This document shows, piece after piece, positions 7,544 through 14,975 of a stretch of 38,030 bases of DNA (positions are counted from its first letter, which is position 1; every line of letters begins with the position of its first letter). Source of the stretch: a virus. Its lineage: Duplodnaviria; Caudoviricetes. The stretch covers positions 1-38,030 of the IMG/VR virus record IMGVR_UViG_3300038492_000288. One strand, 5' to 3'. A program made the position numbers and the translations under genes. The notes beneath the pieces were generated by a model. That model was not told where the DNA came from, searched no databases, and worked only from the letters and a program-made list of their open reading frames with translations.

Positions 7544-8562
7544 AGTATATCCTCCGTCAGTACATTCCATGCTGCTGCAGCCACTGCAGGTACCATTCCA
7601 TTTCCAGTGGCTGTAAGCCTGTGTGACCGATAGGCCACCCCATTAGCCACTCCACGAATTCCGGGTTCAGCATCCCACCGGGTGACTCTCCCGACCTTAA
7701 AAGTGCACCGGGTATGTTGTCCCTCGTGACCTGGCTCTTCGGAAGTGTCGCGTTGCCTGCATCGTCGACTGTTGGAGTCGGATACATCATCACATGGTGT
7801 GCCAGTGTGAATTGTCGGCCCGATTCCTTCCGTTCCTGCAGCTTCTCTGGTGTGTGATGGAATGAGAACTTCGCATCTGCTGTGTTCGGTGTCGGAAATT
7901 CTGGATCCCGTCTCGCGACTTCTGACTTCAGGCTTTTCCTGTTCGTCCTGATGTTGTACTTCGCCTCGGCCATCATGCTGGATCGATCCGAGTCCTGAGT
8001 TGTCGGCGTTGGCCACATCTCTTTTGACTGCGACAATCCAGATTCTCTCACGAATGTGATTCGCTCCAACATCGGCTGCTGATAAAGTGCACCATCGAGC
8101 ATCATACCCGCCCTCGGATAGGTCTCGCAGAATCTCTCCGTAGTAGTAAACAGATCCGTCTGTGCCGTTATCCATGTGGGCGCTGAGCAATCCTCGAACG
8201 TTTTCAAGGAAGCAAAAGGCTGGACTGACTCGGCGTATTGTCTCCATGGTCTCAGGCCATTTGTTTCGTTCGTCATCTGCTGCCTGGCGACGTCCTGCGA
8301 GTGAGAAAGGCTGGCAGGGGAATCCTGCGGTGATGACATCAACCATTCCCTTATATGCGTCGGCGTACCCTTGATCGATGAATGCGCCGATATCGCTGAA
8401 AATTGGTGCAGGGTCGAAGATGCCGTCTTTGATTCTTTGCGCGATGATTCGCTGTGGATATTCGCTGTATTCGACATACCCTTTTGTCCTCCATCCGAGG
8501 AGCTTGGAGGCAAGGACACCGCCTCCAGCACCTGTGTAAAGTGATAGCTCATTCACTTGCAT
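7540..8562 (-). CDS. C5-cytosine DNA methyltransferase, alpha polypeptide (motifs I-VIII and X)
   Basis: SLYTGAGG (I), GFPCQPFS (IV), ENV (VI), HIRERIW (VIII), GNG (X); GGAG SD before ATG 8562. Confidence 0.9.
   Translation of the reverse strand: MQVNELSLYTGAGGGVLASKLLGWRTKGYVEYSEYPQRIIAQRIKDGIFDPAPIFSDIGAFIDQGYADAYKGMVDVITAGFPCQPFSLAGRRQAADDERNKWPETMETIRRVSPAFCFLENVRGLLSAHMDNGTDGSVYYYGEILRDLSEGGYDARWCTLSAADVGANHIRERIWIVAVKRDVANADNSGLGSIQHDGRGEVQHQDEQEKPEVRSRETGSRISDTEHSRCEVLIPSHTREAAGTEGIGPTIHTGTPCDDVSDSNSRRCRQRDTSEEPGHEGQHTRCTFKVGRVTRWDAEPGIRGVANGVAYRSHRLTATGNGMVPAVAAAAWNVLTEDIL
7557..8552 (-). CDS. C5-methyltransferase beta polypeptide nested in an alternative frame (PTP repeats and motif IX)
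   Basis: 331 open codons; WPTP/FPTP/YPTP repeats; LNPEFVEWLMGWP motif IX; ATGA coupling with the upstream gene. Confidence 0.8.
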   Translation of the reverse strand: MSYHFTQVLEAVSLPPSSSDGGQKGMSNTANIHSESSRKESKTASSTLHQFSAISAHSSIKGTPTHIREWLMSSPQDSPASLSHSQDVARQQMTNETNGLRPWRQYAESVQPFASLKTFEDCSAPTWITAQTDLFTTTERFCETYPRAGMMLDGALYQQPMLERITFVRESGLSQSKEMWPTPTTQDSDRSSMMAEAKYNIRTNRKSLKSEVARRDPEFPTPNTADAKFSFHHTPEKLQERKESGRQFTLAHHVMMYPTPTVDDAGNATLPKSQVTRDNIPGALLRSGESPGGMLNPEFVEWLMGWPIGHTGLQPLEMEWYLQWLQQHGMY

Positions 8563-8890
8563 AACTCCAGACGAGCCTTGGCAGGCTGTTTTGTTTGCCT
8601 GCGTTTTCGTATGGTGTGAGCGCAAACCGCCATGCTTTGTGTTCTGGTCTCAGTGGCATGTGACTTACTTCCAGCCTTGCTTCGTCACCTGTTTCCGTTA
8701 TGACTTGTGCTGATAATCCATGCACCTGTGTTTCTGATGACATGGACATCATGCTGCTCAGGATCACGTACTCTTTGATCGTAATTTCTTCGCTGAAAAA
8801 TGATAAAAACTTATTCAGGACAGTGTTTGCATTTTTGAGTAGGTAGTTTTCGAACTTGATGTCACATGGGTTTGATATTGCATAGCTCAT
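8549..8890 (-). CDS. Hypothetical protein
   Basis: 113-aa ORF with ATGA overlaps at both ends; AT-richer than its neighbours. Confidence 0.6.
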   Translation of the reverse strand: MSYAISNPCDIKFENYLLKNANTVLNKFLSFFSEEITIKEYVILSSMMSMSSETQVHGLSAQVITETGDEARLEVSHMPLRPEHKAWRFALTPYENAGKQNSLPRLVWSYASE

Positions 8891-9366
8891 GTCTGCGCCT
8901 CCATCCAGTTGATCAGGTTGTCGACTGCCCAGTCTGGCAGGCTTTCGTGCCCGTTCTCGAATTTGCTGATGTACGCCTGGTTGACGCCTGTTTCTTCTGA
9001 GAGGTCTTTCTGCGACATCCCGTAGCGCAGTCTGATTTTCCTGAGAACCATTTGATCCTCTGATTTCTCGTGATCCATGTTCTGACGCATTTTGCGATTC
9101 TGCCGGCCGCGAGTTTCTGCAATCTCCCTGTAGTAACGCGTGCTGTTTTTCTGGCTTTCGAGTTGTCGCTCGAGGCTTTCTGCTTTCTTCTCAAAGTCAG
9201 TTTTAGCTGTGAAGACTCGAGCCGTGCCGCAGTTCGGACACCAGAATGTTTGCCTGCTGTTGACCCTGTGATTGTACATCGGGTCGCTCATGGCAAATGC
9301 GACGCCACAGCATCCGGGTGTGATGACGTGGTATTCGGTTTCTTCAGTGAATGTACCCATGTTCAT
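8887..9366 (-). CDS. Zn-finger, coiled-coil and XRE HTH regulator
   Basis: GCCG...WCPNCG; LRKIRLRYGMSQKDLS...QAYISKFENG. Confidence 0.8.
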   Translation of the reverse strand: MNMGTFTEETEYHVITPGCCGVAFAMSDPMYNHRVNSRQTFWCPNCGTARVFTAKTDFEKKAESLERQLESQKNSTRYYREIAETRGRQNRKMRQNMDHEKSEDQMVLRKIRLRYGMSQKDLSEETGVNQAYISKFENGHESLPDWAVDNLINWMEAQT

Positions 9367-9776
9367 TTCCTCTTTCGATTGAGTTTCCAGTTCTTGTCTG
9401 GATCCGGGATCTTGATTCCCAGTTCCGTGTTCGCGTGTGCGATTACCTGTGTGATGAAATATGACGTTGTGTGCCTACCAAAGTCTGAGAGCGTACCGTT
9501 CTCATAGCATTCCTCGGCAAAAACCGTGATGACTTTCTTTGGCAGAAACCTCGCATAGTAGTATGCCCGCAGCTCGTCAACGTCATGACCGGATTCTTCG
9601 GCAATGGTCGGGTAGACCACTTCCTCAAGGTACCCGGTTTGCTTTTCGGTCTTTGGTGGCTCCCATTCGACGACTTCGATGTGCCACTTCTTGTTTTGAT
9701 CAAGCCCCACAATGAGGTCGAAGGCTTCGACGCGATCACTGTGGGGATTGATGATTTGCTGGTAGCGTTCTTTCAT
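9363..9776 (-). CDS. NinB/Orf-like recombination protein
   Basis: KTEKQTGYL...IAEESGH..DEL...LGIKIPDP pattern; nin-region position. Confidence 0.6.
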   Translation of the reverse strand: MKERYQQIINPHSDRVEAFDLIVGLDQNKKWHIEVVEWEPPKTEKQTGYLEEVVYPTIAEESGHDVDELRAYYYARFLPKKVITVFAEECYENGTLSDFGRHTTSYFITQVIAHANTELGIKIPDPDKNWKLNRKRK

Positions 9777-9961
9777 TTACTTTCTTCAGATTTCTTGAAT
9801 TCCCCGCACCAATCTTCCCGTTTAACAAGCGGCCAAACAATTATGTATCTGTCTGGCAAATACTCTTTGGCAGTGACTGGTTGAGGTGGGTATCTTCGGC
9901 ATGCAAGATATCCGATTCCACTGTATGTTGAAAAAAGACAGTTTTCGCATGACTCGCTCAT
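9773..9961 (-). CDS. Small Cys-rich phage protein
   Basis: CENC...CRRYPP...WP.V...DWCGEF. Confidence 0.75.
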   Translation of the reverse strand: MSESCENCLFSTYSGIGYLACRRYPPQPVTAKEYLPDRYIIVWPLVKREDWCGEFKKSEESK

Positions 9962-10176
9962 GAGTCATCGTCCTCCATGACTGTGTCCTTGCCCCAGTCA
10001 GCGACAAATTTTGACAATGCCTTCGCGTCTGTGAACACATGCTTCTCTTGTACGACCCTTGGGTGAGGGAAGAAATAGAGCGGGACTTTCATCAGCTCAG
10101 AATTTTTATCAATCTTCCAAGTACGCACGATCCAGCCATTCGCTACTTTCTTGATTTTGAGCTTATTCTGTTTCAC
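9958..10176 (-). CDS. Hypothetical protein with NGWIV motif
   Basis: 72-aa ORF, GTG start, AGGAG SD. Confidence 0.65.
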   Translation of the reverse strand: MKQNKLKIKKVANGWIVRTWKIDKNSELMKVPLYFFPHPRVVQEKHVFTDAKALSKFVADWGKDTVMEDDDS

Positions 10177-10342
10177 GGATCTTCTCCTGCTTCTCAGTCA
10201 TTCGCTCAATGTGGAGCGCAAGGTCTGCTGGTTTTTCAAAGCAGTACCTGGTTCCAACAGTGCAATGGCTTGGACCGCTGTCGTGTGTGACGATCCAGCC
10301 ATTTTCGACTGGTGAGATATTGATTGTTGTGTGCTTTTTCAT
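10163..10342 (-). CDS. Hypothetical protein with NGWIV motif (59 aa, absent from the ORF track)
   Basis: Read by hand, MKKHTTINISPVENGWIV...RETE*; AGGAG SD. Confidence 0.7.
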   Translation of the reverse strand: MKKHTTINISPVENGWIVTHDSGPSHCTVGTRYCFEKPADLALHIERMTEKQEKIRETE

Positions 10343-10351
10343 AGGTTTCTC

Positions 10352-10873
10352 CTATAGGTAGGTGGCTCGTGGTGACACGATTTGTGGGCCGTATTTGGCG
10401 ATCAGTATCGCCTCTGCCCGGTTGTGATCTTTCTTTCTGGTCAGGAACTTGGCGGCTTCTGGATGATGCTTCAGCGCAAATTCGATTGACCTGTTTTTGT
10501 CTTCCTTGATCAGTCCGGCTTTCCGCTTCCATGACATTGGCCAGACTCGATGGATGTTCTCGGTGAACAGTTCCGCAATCGCTCGTGTGGCTCCGAAGGT
10601 GTCACCGCTGGTCACCATGGCGAGTGTACCTCGACCTTTTCCTCCGGGTTTCGATGCAACCATCAGCGCTTCGAGGTAGATCACATCATCTGCTGTGATA
10701 GCCAGGTTCTCGAAGATCGAGTGCAGCGTGATTGGATCCACTTCGTTTCCGGTTTTTTTCGTCCTGGATGGACGCACCGGAGTGTCGAAGACGTGAGTGA
10801 TCTTGAAATCAAGCCGCGAGTCTGCGATTGCGATGGCTCCGGTTATTCCGGGATCGATGCCTATGATCTTCAT
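10352..10873 (-). CDS. RuvC-like Holliday junction resolvase
   Basis: IIGIDPGITGAIA, YLE, P..WK, DHNRAEAILIA. Confidence 0.88.
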   Translation of the reverse strand: MKIIGIDPGITGAIAIADSRLDFKITHVFDTPVRPSRTKKTGNEVDPITLHSIFENLAITADDVIYLEALMVASKPGGKGRGTLAMVTSGDTFGATRAIAELFTENIHRVWPMSWKRKAGLIKEDKNRSIEFALKHHPEAAKFLTRKKDHNRAEAILIAKYGPQIVSPRATYL

Positions 10874-11100
10874 CGTTTGCCTCTGAGTATTTTCTTGATG
10901 CCTTCGCTGTTCTCAGAAAGGATGCCGATCTGTACCGTGTTCGAGAATGTGAACCAAGCGATCACGATGAAGAAAACGTGCCAGACTCCATCCCATAGGT
11001 ATTTTGAAACTGCGTAGGCGATGAGCCATAAACATGCTGCGATGACCAGTGCCACCACTTTTCCTACATTGATTTCTGTCTTCAGCTGTGTTGCGTTCAT
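10870..11100 (-). CDS. Small two-TM membrane protein
   Basis: Two hydrophobic segments in 76 aa. Confidence 0.65.
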   Translation of the reverse strand: MNATQLKTEINVGKVVALVIAACLWLIAYAVSKYLWDGVWHVFFIVIAWFTFSNTVQIGILSENSEGIKKILRGKR

Positions 11101-11108
11101 GTTGTCTC

Positions 11109-11756
11109 CTAGAATTTCAAATCTTTCTTGATGAGGTCGATGTGTTTCCTGCCCACTTCAGGGTTCTTGATTATCACTTCTGATTCCTGCGGCAGCGCTT
11201 TTTTGATCTCGATGAGTTCGCCGTTGATGAACTGACTGTAGGCATCATCAAATGCGTTCGACCAGAGCTTCTTCAGTGGCGTCTCGTTCATGTGACCAAA
11301 GTTGAAGTATCCGACTGCCTTGGCTGCGGCCTCGACGATCACGTGGCTCCATTCGGCTTCTGCCCAGTCACCCATGTTCCTGATGACTTCCTGAAATGCG
11401 ATTTCTTTTCGTGGCAGGTTTGGTGGTACGCACTGCGCGATGAAGTCTGGCAGCGATGGTGGCCATGTGTTTCCGTGTCGCGACTCTTCTCTGAAGTGAT
11501 CAATCGCGTTCATAACCTCGGGCACCGTCTTGTACTGGAGCGCGTCACCCCATTCTTTGAATGAGAACTGATCTTGTGTGCCATAGTTCTGGATCCACTT
11601 CGATCCGAATATGGCGGTCATCCTTGCCCACAGAACGTTCATCAGTTCATTCTGCTTTCGCTCCGGGATGTTGGCGAGAGCGTTCTTCCTCAGAGGCCGT
11701 TTATTGTTCTCGGCCTGCGTCAATGACTTGTCCGATTGCTGATCGCGTTCGTCCAC
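11109..11756 (-). CDS. Lambda P-like replication protein
   Basis: LWARM..IFGSKW and WPPSLPDF; follows the initiator; GTG start with GGAGG SD. Confidence 0.7.
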   Translation of the reverse strand: MDERDQQSDKSLTQAENNKRPLRKNALANIPERKQNELMNVLWARMTAIFGSKWIQNYGTQDQFSFKEWGDALQYKTVPEVMNAIDHFREESRHGNTWPPSLPDFIAQCVPPNLPRKEIAFQEVIRNMGDWAEAEWSHVIVEAAAKAVGYFNFGHMNETPLKKLWSNAFDDAYSQFINGELIEIKKALPQESEVIIKNPEVGRKHIDLIKKDLKF

Positions 11757-12423
11757 TGTGACTTCCTCCGCTGCTTGGTGGGTATGGCAAGAGCCAGCCG
11801 AGATCCATCGCATTGTTTGCTATTGCTTCCTGTGTCCGGTATGAGTGTCGTGTCAACTCGGTCACCAGTCTGCGCAGCATCCTCGCTGTATTGATCGGCT
11901 TTTTCTTGTCGGTCTTCCGGTATTCGAGGAACTCCATCATGACCGGGATGTTCAGATCTGGATTGCTTTTTGTCGCTTCCAGCTCTGCCTCAAATTCTCG
12001 TTTTCTTTTATCTATTTTCTTACTACTCGTAGTGTTATTACTTGTATTAATAGAATTGACTTTTTGATCAAGGGAGCCCTTGACGTTTTGATCAAACAAG
12101 TCACCGGGTTGATTGATCAAAAGATCATGGGGTCTTTCTGCCAGTGTGATTGTTCTTCTTTTTCGTTTCGTGCCTGGGTCGGTGTAAATTTTGACGTTGA
12201 TCAGCTGTTCTCTCTTGAGCGCTGATATCCATCTTGATACGCATTCTTCGCTGACATCGTATGGCTCTGCAAAGTAAGCGTTCGTCGCGGTGCACTCGCC
12301 TGTTGCGTTGGTGAGCGCTGAAATCTCTGACCACATGATTTTTTCCATTGGCTTCAGGTTTTTGTGGTACCGAATGAAGGCAGGCAAAATCGCGTAATAG
12401 CTTCTGTATTCTTGTTGTTCCAT
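11701..12423 (-). CDS. Replication initiator (O-like, N-terminal HTH)
   Basis: YYAILPA.IRY...EISAL....GEC.ATNAYFA..Y.VS...VSRWIS.L; internal iterons. Confidence 0.85.
   Translation of the reverse strand: MEQQEYRSYYAILPAFIRYHKNLKPMEKIMWSEISALTNATGECTATNAYFAEPYDVSEECVSRWISALKREQLINVKIYTDPGTKRKRRTITLAERPHDLLINQPGDLFDQNVKGSLDQKVNSINTSNNTTSSKKIDKRKREFEAELEATKSNPDLNIPVMMEFLEYRKTDKKKPINTARMLRRLVTELTRHSYRTQEAIANNAMDLGWLLPYPPSSGGSHSGRTRSAIGQVIDAGREQ
12000..12120. repeat. Replication origin: iterons plus AT-rich tract
   Basis: TTGATCAA at 12064, 12088 and 12113; TTGAC(T/G)TTTTGATCAA twice; AT-rich 12000-12060. Confidence 0.75.
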
Positions 12424-12439
12424 GTTCACTCCTCAAGGT

Positions 12440-12484
12440 GGGTACTCGGGTGGCTGAGTGAGGGGAGGAATCACCCGAGTACCC
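12440..12484 (-). promoter_or_regulatory. Perfect 13-bp hairpin with C-rich loop upstream of the initiator RBS
   Basis: GGGTACTCGGGTG-N19-CACCCGAGTACCC; minus-strand loop ATTCCTCCCCTCACTCAGC. Confidence 0.65.
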
Positions 12485-12522
12485 TATGCTGTTCCGGGAT
12501 GCCGAGACCCGAAACGACATTT

Positions 12523-13038
12523 TTAATTCAGATCAAGTTTCCCGTTTTCCTTCGGGAATTTATCGCGGATCGGTACCAGTGTCAGTGGCACGTCATCCTG
12601 CAGCAGTTTCTTCGCGATGTCGTAGAATTGCTTGTTCGGATCCGTGATTGAAATCTTGAATTCCAGTGTGAGTTCAAAGCCCACTTCTGCCTTCGCTGTG
12701 AACTTGTCCACCTTGCTGGCTCGGTCTTCGTACTGCTTCGTCTTGACCTTCGGATCGTGGTTGGCAATGACCACCTGATAGCAGTCCTCGTAGCAGGCTG
12801 TGAACTTCATTTCGTCGAGGTTGTTCAGCAGAGGGATGCCGTCTCCATCCCAGAACGCTCCTTTGATCAGTTCTGGTTCAACACCGAAGAGCATGGCAGC
12901 GTTCTCGACTGGTACACGCTCCACTCTGATTCCGAGGTCACATGCAAAGATTTTTTTGTCCGGGCCGTTCTTCTCTTTCCGGTTGTTGAGCGACTTCAGA
13001 AAGGCGCTACTGTGCTTTGTGATTTCTAGCAGGTTCAT
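12523..13038 (-). CDS. Hypothetical protein
   Basis: 171-aa ORF with GGAG SD. Confidence 0.75.
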   Translation of the reverse strand: MNLLEITKHSSAFLKSLNNRKEKNGPDKKIFACDLGIRVERVPVENAAMLFGVEPELIKGAFWDGDGIPLLNNLDEMKFTACYEDCYQVVIANHDPKVKTKQYEDRASKVDKFTAKAEVGFELTLEFKISITDPNKQFYDIAKKLLQDDVPLTLVPIRDKFPKENGKLDLN

Positions 13039-13063
13039 GATTACTCCATGTTGCGGTTGGTGG

Positions 13064-13136
13064 AAATGAAAAAGCCCGGCTTGAGGTGGGGTTGCGCAGC
13101 AGGGGGGAGTGGGTGCGCGTAGGCTTCAAGCCGGGC
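13064..13136 (-). terminator. Long-stem intrinsic terminator (tR1 position)
   Basis: GCCCGGCTTGA...TCAAGCCGGGC then TTTTTCATTT; internal GCGCA/TGCGC stem with a C-rich loop. Confidence 0.7.
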
Positions 13137-13146
13137 CGAATTGAGA

Positions 13147-13253
13147 TTGCTGGCCAAGGCATCACTCATCAGGAAAGTGAGACAGGGAAGAGAAGTGCGA
13201 GAACTCAAACCGTGCCAAGGCCAGCAAAAAACTATGATCTACTTTTCGCACTT
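13147..13253 (-). ncRNA. Candidate antisense/regulatory RNA downstream of cro
   Basis: Stem 13213-13227 with 13147-13161; loop GTTCTCGCACTT is complementary to early-operon leaders and to its own upstream AAGTGCGA. Confidence 0.55.
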
Positions 13254-13270
13254 TTTTATCCTTGTGGGTG

Positions 13271-13465
13271 TTACTCGAGCGCTTGTACCTTGTCGTAAAG
13301 GCCAAGCCGAATTGCGGCGCCCGTCAGTCGGTCTGACCACTTGAGCGGGAGCTCGTCTGCGAGCTGTCCAATGTTCTGCCTGGTGACACCTGTTGCCTCT
13401 GCAACGCTTCGGTCTGTGCCACCAAAAACTTGTTTTGCTTCTGCTTTCGTTTTGATCGTCTTCAT
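13271..13465 (-). CDS. cro: Cro-like repressor
   Basis: 64 aa; KAEAKQVFGG...VAEATGVTRQNIGQ HTH; first gene of the replication operon. Confidence 0.8.
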   Translation of the reverse strand: MKTIKTKAEAKQVFGGTDRSVAEATGVTRQNIGQLADELPLKWSDRLTGAAIRLGLYDKVQALE

Positions 13466-13471
13466 GACTTC

Positions 13472-13580
13472 ATCCTATATCCGCAAATTCTATTGCGCAA
13501 GTATTTTTTCATTTCGTGGCAAATTCTCTTGCATTTTGCCTTTGATCGGAGCAGGATTGTTGTTCATAGATGTGCGAGAA
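13472..13580. promoter_or_regulatory. Divergent early promoter/operator region
   Basis: Leftward TTGCGC-N17-TAGGAT; rightward TTGCAT-N17-CAGGAT or TTGATC-N17-CATAGA; GCAA-N6-TTGC at 13483-13496 and 13519-13532. Confidence 0.65.
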
Positions 13581-13588
13581 AACTTGAA

Positions 13589-13792
13589 ATGTCTGCAGAA
13601 CCTCCACTTAATCCACCTGAAATTTCGCGCCTGGATCGCATTGACGAACGGCTACACGAGTTGATAGAGATGGAATTTGGTTTCAGTGTATCGGCTAGAA
13701 AGATCATGTCGATCGCTGTTGAAATTGAGGACGAGCTGGCCTTGCAAGAACAACTGAACGGGAGAGATATAGATGGAGACAACACTTTCTAA
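13589..13792 (+). CDS. Hypothetical protein (67 aa), first early gene
   Basis: ATG 13589 directly after the promoter region. Confidence 0.6.
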   Translation: MSAEPPLNPPEISRLDRIDERLHELIEMEFGFSVSARKIMSIAVEIEDELALQEQLNGRDIDGDNTF

Positions 13793-13931
13793 ACGCTTAC
13801 CTGATCCGAGGAACCCATGCCGATGGCTTCCCGTCATTTACGTCAGAAACTTTGAATGCAAACACTGCGGTGACACCTCCGTCATTCTGCTGAAGGAGAC
13901 ACGTTGCCCGTCTTGCTCGAGGAGGATTTGA
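13773..13931 (+). CDS. Small zinc-ribbon protein (52 aa, absent from the ORF track)
   Basis: Read by hand: CKHC...CPSC; GGAG upstream; fills the gap between neighbours. Confidence 0.55.
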   Translation: METTLSKRLPDPRNPCRWLPVIYVRNFECKHCGDTSVILLKETRCPSCSRRI

Positions 13932-13933
13932 TC

Positions 13934-14173
13934 ATGTTTGGTTACCTGTTTTTATTCGCGCTGGTGTGGTTCTTCCTGTGGTTCTGGTTCGGGAAAAGCG
14001 CACCTGTTTATACCGATCATTTAACCGATGTCGATGTTGTCTTGGACAACTGTGACCGCTTTGCGATCTGGCACGGTAAGAATGGGCCGAAAATGCGACG
14101 GCATGAAATCGCACAAATAATGCACATGGAGGCATTCTCAAGTGACCGAGAAGAAACCGAAAAAGCTAATTGA
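13934..14173 (+). CDS. Small membrane-anchored protein
   Basis: GGAGG SD; N-terminal F/W-rich TM helix. Confidence 0.65.
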   Translation: MFGYLFLFALVWFFLWFWFGKSAPVYTDHLTDVDVVLDNCDRFAIWHGKNGPKMRRHEIAQIMHMEAFSSDREETEKAN

Positions 14174-14975
14174 TACATTGGCGCTGAAATGGAACACCGA
14201 CCCTTCGAAGTTAATGGGTACTTTGAAGCAGACCTGTTTCCGGTTGCCCGATAAAAACGGACAGCCACAGCATGTAACTGACGAGCAGATGCAGATGCTT
14301 CTGGTTGTCGCAAACGAACACAACCTGAACCCGTTCCTGAAGGAGCTGTTCGCGTTCCCGGACAAGGGTGGCATTGTCCCGATTGTCTCCATTGATGGTT
14401 GGGTCAACAAGGTAAACAGTCACCCGGAATTCAACGGTCTGGAGTTTCGTCGATCTGAGAATGAAATCAAAATCGACGATGACTGCAAGCTGTGCCCGGA
14501 ATGGATGGAGATCATTATTCACCGCAAGGATCGCGATCACCCTGTTGTCATCCGAGAACACCTCGACGAGGTCTATCGTCCCGCCATTGAGAAGACTGGT
14601 TCGAATGGGCCGTACAAGATCAACTCTGCATGGCAGACACACACCAAGCGCATGCTCCGTCACAAGACCCTCATCCAAGGTGCCCGTGTTGCCTTCGGTT
14701 TCTCTGGAATCTACGACGAGGACGAAGCACACCGCATAATCGAAGGCGAGGCCACTGTGGTCACAGATGCTGATCGTATTTCTGTTGGTGAGGCCAATGA
14801 AATACACGAGGCTCTCACTGAGCTGAATGTGAAGCCATCCAAGTTCCTTCAGTATTTCGAGCTGCAAAGCATCGAAGACTTGCCAGCGTCTCGACTCGAA
14901 GAGGTTGGCGTGTTCTTGGATCAGCGTCGCAAGCTGTTGGACAAACCAGAAGAGAAGCCAGCTGATGAAGGTTGA
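14142..14975 (+). CDS. bet: Bet/RecT-family ssDNA annealing recombinase
   Basis: LNPFLKELFAFP, PIVSIDGW, RMLRHKTLIQGARVAFGFSGIYDEDEA. Confidence 0.93.
   Translation: MTEKKPKKLIDTLALKWNTDPSKLMGTLKQTCFRLPDKNGQPQHVTDEQMQMLLVVANEHNLNPFLKELFAFPDKGGIVPIVSIDGWVNKVNSHPEFNGLEFRRSENEIKIDDDCKLCPEWMEIIIHRKDRDHPVVIREHLDEVYRPAIEKTGSNGPYKINSAWQTHTKRMLRHKTLIQGARVAFGFSGIYDEDEAHRIIEGEATVVTDADRISVGEANEIHEALTELNVKPSKFLQYFELQSIEDLPASRLEEVGVFLDQRRKLLDKPEEKPADEG

Noticed and set aside
13064-13253. tRNA or CRISPR-like reading of the structured region
   Set aside because: No cloverleaf, T-loop or CCA, and no repeat-spacer periodicity here or elsewhere in the window.
13086-13344. Plus-strand ORFs across the candidate RNA
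   Set aside because: Non-ATG starts, antisense to cro, no SD.
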